DNA of 64,000 bases from an uncultured Oscillospiraceae bacterium (GTDB lineage: Bacteria > Bacillota > Clostridia > Oscillospirales > Oscillospiraceae), in NCBI GenBank assembly GCA_905234855.1, contig CAJOIU010000006.1, positions 1,893-65,892 on the forward strand. Reading direction: 5' to 3'. Under the pieces are notes generated by a model that searched no databases, had not been told where the DNA came from, and saw only the letters and a list, made by a program, of their open reading frames with translations. This document shows, piece by piece, positions 1-6,967 of the stretch (position 1 is its first letter; the number at the start of each line of letters is the position of its first letter). The translations under genes were made by a program, and so were the position numbers.

Positions 1-1
1 G

Positions 2-517
2 ACCCGTGTCAACGCGAAGGGATACTTCGATTCTGAGGACAGCGAGGAAGCCCGTCATCAGAAGCGAGCGGCTATGTGCGCACAGCGTCTGGAAGACCTG
101 AAAAACGGTGAATACAGGCTGGGCGGCGGCGTGATCGATCCACTGCCGGAGGATGCACCGTTTTTTGTGAAGGACTACTACGACTATTACAAGACGGAGC
201 GTGGCTATCATCCCCGTTCTCTCAACTCCAACGGCGGTTGGAACGTAATTGGCTGCGAGTCCTTCATCAATCAGCCGATCCTTCAGTACAGCAATGAAAT
301 CCGCTCAGCGGTTCTGGTGATGCACGGCGATGCGGCGCATTCCTGCTACTTCGGCAGAGATGCTTACGCCAATATGGTGAAAGGCAGCAAGTACACCGAA
401 AACAAGGAACTGCTCATCATTCCGGGTGCTTCCCATACCGATCTTTATGACGGCGGCGGCAAGGGCGCGATCCCCTTTGATAAGCTGCAGAGTTTCTTTG
501 AGGAATACTTGAAATAA
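2..517 (+). CDS. alpha/beta-fold hydrolase, C-terminal part (5' end outside window)
   Basis: The frame is open from nt 2, with no stop upstream of the listed Met. The C-terminal VLVMHGDAAHS...IIPGASHTDLY resembles the acid/His end of alpha/beta hydrolases. Confidence 0.6.
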   Translation, partial: TRVNAKGYFDSEDSEEARHQKRAAMCAQRLEDLKNGEYRLGGGVIDPLPEDAPFFVKDYYDYYKTERGYHPRSLNSNGGWNVIGCESFINQPILQYSNEIRSAVLVMHGDAAHSCYFGRDAYANMVKGSKYTENKELLIIPGASHTDLYDGGGKGAIPFDKLQSFFEEYLK

Positions 518-547
518 TCCAAGTAAGGGTGGAGGCAGATCACGAAC

Positions 548-757
548 ATGAAAAAACGGCTTGCGGCACTTATAGCTTCGGCGATTCTTCTGATCTGCCT
601 GTCTGCCTGTCGGGCAGCAGAACAAGAGGGCTTCGAACCAGAAGCAGAAAAGCATAGTTCGAACAGTTCGGCTTATATAGTGGAACCCAAAGGAGAAGAT
701 GAGACTGTGGCGAGTCAGACAGATACAAGCAAGACATCCGGCTATCTCAAAAAATGA
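548..757 (+). CDS. small secreted lipoprotein, hypothetical
   Basis: MKKRLAALIASAILLICLSAC is a signal peptide with an L-S-A-C lipobox. GGTGGAGG lies upstream and a terminator follows. Confidence 0.55.
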   Translation: MKKRLAALIASAILLICLSACRAAEQEGFEPEAEKHSSNSSAYIVEPKGEDETVASQTDTSKTSGYLKK

Positions 758-761
758 AATA

Positions 762-795
762 AACCAGAAGTCATCCTCTTGACTTCTGGTTTATG
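762..795 (+). terminator. intrinsic terminator
   Basis: 12-bp stem aaccagaagtca/tgacttctggtt with a 6-nt loop, followed by a T-rich tail. Confidence 0.7.
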
Positions 796-964
796 AATAG
801 GAATTGTAGGTTGTCTGCAAGTCCTGATGCCCCACCTGAACACGAACAAAATCGGGGTCTACTCCATTATTCATAAGCTCGGAGATATACGTTTTCCGTA
901 CGAAAAGGAGCTGCCTGTGATGAAGGAAGTCAAGCGGCTCAACAAGCCCATAGTCTGCGTATGA
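791..964 (-). pseudogene. C-terminal remnant of a tyrosine recombinase/integrase
   Basis: The minus-strand frame reads ...FVRKTYISELMNNGVDPDFVRVQVGHQDLQTTYNSYS*. This matches the R-(H/K)-T...G...GH...T...Y catalytic end of tyrosine recombinases. The frame is closed by an in-frame TGA at 965-967, so only about 57 codons remain. Confidence 0.45.
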
Positions 965-1007
965 TCATCTCTCTTTCGGCGATCCGGACGGATCATTGTC
1001 TCGCGGT

Positions 1008-2897
1008 TTATGCGGCTGGCCGGAGCTCTTCCACTGCGCCGATGTACTGATAGATATAGGATTCCGCCAGCTCATCGATCCGGCCGGAAGCCGTTTCCTC
1101 CGCCAGAAACTCGTTGACATACGTTAAGAGGCTCTCGCTGCCCGGGGGCAGCAGAATACCGAGCTGACCCTGTGTGAAGGGCTCGTAAATCAGCGGCGCC
1201 GCCAGGCGGTCATCCTGCCCGACATAATAGCCCGCCTCCATGATCTCCGTGATCATGACGTCCGCTTCGCCGTCGGCCACCAGCCCGGGGATCTCCTCGT
1301 TCGCGGCGTGGATGATAAGCGCTGCATCGGGCAGATTCTCCCGGGCAAACTTCTCATTCAGCCCGCCGGGGTTTTCCATGACCGTGACCTCCGGGCGGTT
1401 GATCGACTCGATGCTTGTGTATATCTCCGCATCCTCCGCTCGGCATAGGACGGTTTTTCCGTTGCCCAGATAGCCGTCGGACATCAGCGCCTGCTCCTGC
1501 CGCGCCTCGGTGATCGTGATACCGCAGATGGCAAGATCGAACTTCCCGGCCAGCGTATCCTCCATCAGCGTCGGCCATGTGGTGGGGATATACTCGATCT
1601 TCACGCCCATGGCCTCCGCCAGATCCTCGGCAAGCTCCGTATCGAAGCCCCAATACTCTTCGGTTTCCGGGTCAAGGAAGGACATGGGCTTGTAGTCTCC
1701 GGTCGTTCCCACGCGGAGGACGCCCCTTGTCAGGATCGCGGACAGCGCATCGCCGCCCAGATAGGTCACGCCGTCGCCGTAAATAGTCGTCCAGTCGTTT
1801 TTCATCGAGACGGGGATCCAGCCGTAGGTGCCGCATAGGTCGAACATCTTATCGGCCTTCTCGACGCTGCCGTTTTCCCGCTCGGTGTCGTCGCAGCAGA
1901 GCATAAACGCAAGGCTAGGGTAGGGATTGCCGCTGGTCACATAAGCCGCCATGCTGGAATCTCCTGTGCTGTTGCCGAAGGAAAGGACCGGCTGCTGACC
2001 GATCTCCCGGGCAATCACCGCGACCTTGTTCATTTTGAGATTCTTGACCACGAATTCGCCGCCGAGGATCAGCTCGTCATCGTCGTCGTACACATAGGAC
2101 AGGCCGTCCGTGTCTCCCTGATCCGGGGTGACGACCGTCTCGTCCGAGCCGATGATATGCCGCGGCGGGATATCCAGCGGCGATTCCTTTACGATGCCCC
2201 GGACGATGAACCGGTCCGTGCCGCTGACAACGTAGACCGTAAACCCATTTTCCTGCAGATACTCCACCACCTGCAGCATGGGCCGATACCAGCCCTCGCC
2301 CCGAAGCATACCCTCGTAACTCGGCATGGGGAGCTGCTTGAACGCCTGGATGTAGTCGGAGAATTCATCAAGCGTCATGCCGGAAAAAGCGGAGGCGACG
2401 GCCTTACCGTGGTCGATCTCCAGCCCCTCGAAGGACGCGCCGGTCTCGTTCTGCTCTACGATCTTTTGAGCAACCTCGCGCTCGAAGTCGCTGGCCTGAT
2501 CCTTATAGTCCGGGTCCTCCAGCACACGGTAGACAAGCAGGGTATAGTCAAAGTAATTCGGATCCGTCTCACAGAACAGCGTCCCATCGAGGTCGAACAC
2601 GGCGATGCGGTCCGCCGGGGGTATGTAATCCGCGCCGTCCTCATCGGTGATCGCCTCCATGAAGGAGAACAGCTCTGACTTAGCCCGGGCGTCATCCGTC
2701 CACAGGGAGAGAGGATCAGCTCCGTCCGTCTGCTGCCGACCGTCCTCGCCGAAATCGGGGTTTTCAATTATGTCCTCCATGGCGCGGGGGTTGTCGCGGG
2801 GGTCGTGCTCGTAGGCGAAGTCACTCGCAGCGACCGCCGCCCCGGAAAGAAGGGCGAGCACAAAAACCAGCGCAAGAACACGGTACAGTTTCTTCAT
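1008..2897 (-). CDS. secreted fusion protein: HAD-superfamily phosphatase-like domain plus family-3 (amino-acid-type) solute-binding domain
   Basis: Start chosen at MKKLYRVLALVFVLALLSGAAVA, a signal peptide. FDLDGTLF is HAD motif I and SGTDRF/GNSTGD are later HAD motifs. The C-terminal LRVGTTGDYKPMSFLD...GFDTELAEDLAEAMGVKIEY is SBP_bac_3-like. Confidence 0.75.
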   Translation of the reverse strand: MKKLYRVLALVFVLALLSGAAVAASDFAYEHDPRDNPRAMEDIIENPDFGEDGRQQTDGADPLSLWTDDARAKSELFSFMEAITDEDGADYIPPADRIAVFDLDGTLFCETDPNYFDYTLLVYRVLEDPDYKDQASDFEREVAQKIVEQNETGASFEGLEIDHGKAVASAFSGMTLDEFSDYIQAFKQLPMPSYEGMLRGEGWYRPMLQVVEYLQENGFTVYVVSGTDRFIVRGIVKESPLDIPPRHIIGSDETVVTPDQGDTDGLSYVYDDDDELILGGEFVVKNLKMNKVAVIAREIGQQPVLSFGNSTGDSSMAAYVTSGNPYPSLAFMLCCDDTERENGSVEKADKMFDLCGTYGWIPVSMKNDWTTIYGDGVTYLGGDALSAILTRGVLRVGTTGDYKPMSFLDPETEEYWGFDTELAEDLAEAMGVKIEYIPTTWPTLMEDTLAGKFDLAICGITITEARQEQALMSDGYLGNGKTVLCRAEDAEIYTSIESINRPEVTVMENPGGLNEKFARENLPDAALIIHAANEEIPGLVADGEADVMITEIMEAGYYVGQDDRLAAPLIYEPFTQGQLGILLPPGSESLLTYVNEFLAEETASGRIDELAESYIYQYIGAVEELRPAA

Positions 2898-3012
2898 TTT
2901 GAATGTTCCTCTCTGTTCATTTATTGAATCCGGCTCAGGGAGGTCCATGGGCGTGGACGTCCCATCCCTCCAGATGCCGCAGCTGAAGATGTATAACAAC
3001 CGCCCAGTGTCC

Positions 3013-3021
3013 ATTATACCA
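3013..3021 (-). promoter_or_regulatory. extended -10 element (TGgTATAAT) upstream of the HAD-SBP gene
   Basis: The minus strand reads GTGGTATAAT about 115 nt upstream of the start. No good -35 is present. Confidence 0.35.
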
Positions 3022-3251
3022 CAGAAATCGCGGTTTGAAATGGGTGCCGTGCGGGATATAGAATATATCCAGACAGCCAAATTGTTTTTTGAATGCTGCC
3101 GGGGTCGATCAAGGAGCATCTCGGCGCATACGAGTCTCTGACAGATGGAACGGCAGAGCAAGCGGGGCTACTTCGGTGTTGCGGGCATGATCGCATCCCA
3201 AATGAAAGCTTTATGCATCGAGCACCAGACCGAAGCCTGCTCCGCACAACA

Positions 3252-3293
3252 CAGCTCCGGCGTTCTGCCTTTTCTGGCAGAACGCCGGAGCTG
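3252..3293. terminator. perfect 18-bp stem-loop, probable adh terminator
   Basis: cagctccggcgttctgcc / ggcagaacgccggagctg with a 6-nt loop. The better T-tract is on the plus side, so orientation is ambiguous. Confidence 0.5.
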
Positions 3294-3425
3294 CGTTGTT
3301 TTCTATCGCTGTCCTCCCCGCTTCATGCGGATCGCACAGGCAAGGATCGTATCGTGGTCAAAAGCCAGCGGGAGCTCCTTCTCCAGCCGGCGACGGCTGA
3401 AAGGGAAACCACCGCAACTCCGCCA

Positions 3426-4643
3426 TCAGAAGTCAACTTCCGTGTCGTAGTAGCAGCATTTGAGCAGCTTCTCCATTTCCTCCTGCGTCGGCTGGCGCGG
3501 GTTGGAGCCGGTGCAGGCATCCAAGATCGCGTTCGCGGCAATGGACGGCAGGCGCTCGAGGAAGACCTCCTCCGGAACAAAGCCCTGCTCCGTGGGATAG
3601 CTGTCCGCGCCGTAATTCTTGATTCCGTGAGGGATATTCAGCTTATCGTTCAGCCCGCGGACATACGCGATGAGCGCCGCGACCTTTTCATCGTCGTTCG
3701 TCCCGCCGAGGTGCATATAATCCGCGATCACGCCATAGCGGCGCTTTGCCTCGGGATCCTTCGCGTTGTAGGCGATGACCTTGGGCAAATACATGGCATT
3801 GGCCGCGCCGTGGATGATATGCGCGCCGTGATCGGCGAAGACCGCGCCGGTCTTGTGCGCCATAGAGTGGACGATGCCGAGAAGACCCGAGGAGAAGGCA
3901 ATACCGGCAAGGCACTGGGCAGAGTGCATGTTGTCGCGGGCGGTCATATCCCCATTGTAGGAATCGATCAGATCCCGCTGGATCATCTCGATGGCGCGGA
4001 TCGCAGGGGCGTCCGTAAACTCGCTGTGGACGGTGGATACATAGGCCTCAATGGCGTGGGTCAAGGCATCCATACCGGTGTGAGCCACAAGCTTTTTCGG
4101 CATGGTTTCGGCCAGCTCCGGATCGACGATCGCCACGTCCGGCGTGATCTCGAAATCCGCAATGGGGTATTTGATGCCCTTTTCATAGTCCGTGATAATG
4201 GAAAACGCGGTGACCTCGGTAGCGGTGCCGGAGGTAGAGGATACGGCGCAGAACTTCGCCTTGGTGCGCAGCTTCGGCAGCCCGAAAACCTTGCACATAT
4301 CCTCAAAGGTGGTCTCGGGATACTCATACTTGATCCACATGGCCTTGGCCGCGTCGATGGGCGAACCGCCGCCGATGGCAACGATCCAATCGGGCTGGAA
4401 TTCCTGCATGACAGCCGCGCCCTTCATAACGGTCTCCACGGAGGGATCGGATTCAATGCCCTCAAAAACCACGACCTCCATGCCGGCCTCTTCCAGATAG
4501 TGCTTGGCGCGATCCAAAAAACCGAAGCGCTTCATGGAGCCGCCGCCGACGCAGATGATCGCCTTTTTGCCTTCAAAGCCCTTGAGCGCCTCCAGCGCGC
4601 CCTTGCCGTGATAAATATCTCTGGGATTCGTAAATCTCTGCAT
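3426..4643 (-). CDS. iron-containing (group III) alcohol dehydrogenase
   Basis: Start at MQRFTNPRDIYHGKGALE behind CAGGAGGAA. GGGSPIDAAKAMW and histidine-rich metal-site regions (HTGMDALTHAIEAY, HSMAHKTG) are typical of the Fe-ADH family. Confidence 0.85.
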   Translation of the reverse strand: MQRFTNPRDIYHGKGALEALKGFEGKKAIICVGGGSMKRFGFLDRAKHYLEEAGMEVVVFEGIESDPSVETVMKGAAVMQEFQPDWIVAIGGGSPIDAAKAMWIKYEYPETTFEDMCKVFGLPKLRTKAKFCAVSSTSGTATEVTAFSIITDYEKGIKYPIADFEITPDVAIVDPELAETMPKKLVAHTGMDALTHAIEAYVSTVHSEFTDAPAIRAIEMIQRDLIDSYNGDMTARDNMHSAQCLAGIAFSSGLLGIVHSMAHKTGAVFADHGAHIIHGAANAMYLPKVIAYNAKDPEAKRRYGVIADYMHLGGTNDDEKVAALIAYVRGLNDKLNIPHGIKNYGADSYPTEQGFVPEEVFLERLPSIAANAILDACTGSNPRQPTQEEMEKLLKCCYYDTEVDF

Positions 4644-4721
4644 GATATGTTCCTCCTGTGATGGAATTGATTTTGTAAGGATGACCGACCCGCACAGCAT
4701 GGGGCGGCAGCGGTTATTTGT

Positions 4722-4739
4722 TTGTTAAATAACTATCAT
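4722..4739 (-). promoter_or_regulatory. candidate Rex-type operator in the adh leader
   Basis: The plus strand reads TTGTTAA-ATAA-CTATCAT against the clostridial Rex consensus TTGTTAA-N4-TTAACAA. One half-site is perfect and the other matches 4/7. It lies just downstream of the predicted -10. Confidence 0.3.
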
Positions 4740-4754
4740 TTTTCATCCGCTCAT

Positions 4755-4783
4755 ATGTTACCGCAGCAAACCGCTCCTGTCAA
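4755..4783 (-). promoter_or_regulatory. sigma-A-type promoter of adh
   Basis: Minus strand: TTGACA, 17 nt, TAACAT. Predicts a leader of about 105 nt. Confidence 0.5.
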
Positions 4784-4926
4784 GAGAGGATCGTTAAAAA
4801 ATCAACTAAATTTCACATGTGGTTTTCTGTCCGAATTTGGCATATTATACAGCCTGCAGCTTTACTCTTCCCACGGGTGTCGCTCGCCGGGCGCACCAAA
4901 AAACCGGGCAGGTCGTCCCGCCCGGT

Positions 4927-5556
4927 TCAAATGGCCGATAATTCCGATAATGCAATCTGTTGGATCTCCTCCGGCAGCTCCCCCTCCGCTGCGCAAACGG
5001 AGGCATGGTAGCCGCCGGGGACCTCATAATCCCGAAAAAGCAGTCCCTGCAAAGGATGGATCACATCCGCTTCCGACAGCGATACAAAATGATCGCCGCT
5101 CACCGCCTTGACCCATGCCTCCTTGCGCGTCCACAGCCGAAACAGCGCAACCTGCCGCTCCTCTTCCGGCCTGTCTTCCAGCCACGCCTGCTCCGCAGGA
5201 TGGAACCGACGGACAAGGGAAAGTCGCACAGGACGTATCTGCTGCACGTCTACTCCAACCGGCGCACCGCTCACGGCGCACAGCACATATCGCCCGGAAT
5301 GGGACAGGCTGAAAAACACATCCTCCCGCCGGGCAAACACAGGCTTTCCCGCCGGAAGCTCTTGGATCGGCTCCTCCGGCGATATCCCCCGGCGGCGCAT
5401 CGCATAGGCAAACAGAAGCCCCGCGCCGAGGCTCTCCCGCCTGGCCGCCTCATTCCGCAGGCGGTCATACCGCTCCCGCCGCCATCGGGGCAGGCGCTCC
5501 GCCAGCGCCGCATCCGGCGGGGCAGCCTCCAGATCGTACAGGTATACCGCCGTCAT
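4927..5556 (-). CDS. 4'-phosphopantetheinyl transferase, Sfp type
   Basis: GKPVF...FFSLSHSGRYVLCAVS...VGVDVQ and WTRKEAWVKA are the Sfp/EntD family motifs. The start overlaps the upstream stop (ATGA). Confidence 0.8.
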   Translation of the reverse strand: MTAVYLYDLEAAPPDAALAERLPRWRRERYDRLRNEAARRESLGAGLLFAYAMRRRGISPEEPIQELPAGKPVFARREDVFFSLSHSGRYVLCAVSGAPVGVDVQQIRPVRLSLVRRFHPAEQAWLEDRPEEERQVALFRLWTRKEAWVKAVSGDHFVSLSEADVIHPLQGLLFRDYEVPGGYHASVCAAEGELPEEIQQIALSELSAI

Positions 5557-6875
5557 TCGTCCGCCCAGTCTGTTCGGTACCAGTAATCGTAGACCGTATG
5601 ATTCTGGATATAAAAGAGATCAAAATCGTCGTGCCGGTATTGCCGGGTAGCCTCCAGCTCCACGTCATAGATCCAGTCCACGCCGTCCTCCGGGATCACG
5701 ACGAAGCCATGGGGGCCGTAATACTCGTTCACCTGTGCGGCAACGATATAGGCTTCCTCCCCCAGCGCCCGTGCCAGCAGTCCGAACCCTGCGGCAAAGC
5801 CATAGCACGTTCCGCCGCCATAGCGGAAGAAGCGCTCTCCGCGTTCATATTCCCAGCCCATCTGTCCAACGGGGATCGGATCCATATCCTCCGGCCGCAC
5901 CAGATATTCATAGTTATACTTCACATAGAGGTAGGCCGCCTGCAGCGCCTTCCATGTGGAAAGCTCCTGCGCTCCGCAGTCCTCCAGCGCCGCTGCCAGA
6001 TAGCCGTCCAGCGCCTCGCTGCCGGTGGTATACCGGCCGTCCAGACCGAAGGTCCATACGCCGTAATCGGTGTCCTTCATCAGCGTCCCGTCGCCCCATG
6101 TGCCATACAGCCAGCCATAGGCGCGGAAAACGCCCTCCTCTGTCACCGGCTCCGGCGCTTCGGCCAGCGCCGCGTCCGCGATATAGGCCCACGCGGGATC
6201 GCCATAGGAAACATCCGGAGGCAGCCGCTCTCCCATGAGCAGCGCCGCCTCATCCGGCTCACGGCCAATAAGTCGTTCCAGAACCATGGCCATCTCACCG
6301 CGGCACACGGTATCCGCCGCGAAAAGCGGTTCCGCTTCCGCGCCGAAGCCCGCGGAGACATCCGCCGCCAACGCGGCGACCCGCTCCGAATCCGATGGGG
6401 ACAGCCGCTCGGCGAGGCGCTCCAGCACCTCCGCGAGCCAGACGCGGGGCGTGGGATCCTCCGGCAGGAACGCCGTTCCTTCCCGATCCGGCAACAGCTC
6501 CGCTTCATACAGCGACGCGACCTTCGCATAGCTTCCCGCAGGCGCGTGGATATCCGTAAACAGCCCGTCGCCGCCCCGGGGCAGACCCTCCAGCAGGGTG
6601 CAGAGCAGCAGCGCGCTCTCCCGCTTCGTCACCGCGGCGTCGGAGTCAAACGACCCGTCCCGCTCGCAGCGCATCAGCGCCGGATGATCCTCCTGCACCC
6701 GGATCGACAGCCGGATGGGTTCCGGCTCGGGGGTAGGCTCCGGCGTCGGCTCTGGGGTATCAGTGGGGGCTGGCACAGCCGTCGGCTCCTCCACAGCCTC
6801 CGCTGTGCCGCATCCGGTCAGCACCAAAAGCAGCATGGCGCAGACGAGCCATAGGATTGTCTTTCTCTTACTCAT
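5553..6875 (-). CDS. lipoprotein with a C-terminal transglutaminase-like cysteine-protease core
   Basis: MSKRKTILWLVCAMLLLVLTGC carries a lipobox and is followed by a Pro/Glu/Thr linker. The C-terminal GGGTCYGFAAGF...GPHGFVVIP...DVELE resembles the Cys-His-Asp transglutaminase core. Confidence 0.7.
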   Translation of the reverse strand: MSKRKTILWLVCAMLLLVLTGCGTAEAVEEPTAVPAPTDTPEPTPEPTPEPEPIRLSIRVQEDHPALMRCERDGSFDSDAAVTKRESALLLCTLLEGLPRGGDGLFTDIHAPAGSYAKVASLYEAELLPDREGTAFLPEDPTPRVWLAEVLERLAERLSPSDSERVAALAADVSAGFGAEAEPLFAADTVCRGEMAMVLERLIGREPDEAALLMGERLPPDVSYGDPAWAYIADAALAEAPEPVTEEGVFRAYGWLYGTWGDGTLMKDTDYGVWTFGLDGRYTTGSEALDGYLAAALEDCGAQELSTWKALQAAYLYVKYNYEYLVRPEDMDPIPVGQMGWEYERGERFFRYGGGTCYGFAAGFGLLARALGEEAYIVAAQVNEYYGPHGFVVIPEDGVDWIYDVELEATRQYRHDDFDLFYIQNHTVYDYWYRTDWADE

Positions 6876-6893
6876 AACCTTTATCATACAACG

Positions 6894-6924
6894 AAAAAAC
6901 CGTGAGCGCAACTCACGGTTTTTT
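6894..6924 (-). terminator. bidirectional-type intrinsic terminator
   Basis: aaaaaaccgtgag-cgcaa-ctcacggtttttt, with an A-tract and a T-tract flanking the stem. Confidence 0.75.
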
Positions 6925-6967
6925 CATTTTCTTTAATTTTTCGGCAAATATCCGCCGAAGACCGCCG

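Noticed and set aside
2930-2975. Stem-loop GGAGG...ATGGG-loop-CCCAT...CCTCC in the roughly 110-nt leader of the HAD-SBP gene as a possible riboswitch
   Set aside because: It is only a single imperfect hairpin. It resembles no riboswitch class that I know.
3093-4661. 522-aa ORF on the plus strand
   Set aside because: It lies exactly antisense to the well-supported Fe-ADH gene. Its composition is Arg/Ala/Gly/Leu-rich, it has no RBS and no recognisable motif. This is a typical shadow ORF of a GC-rich coding region.
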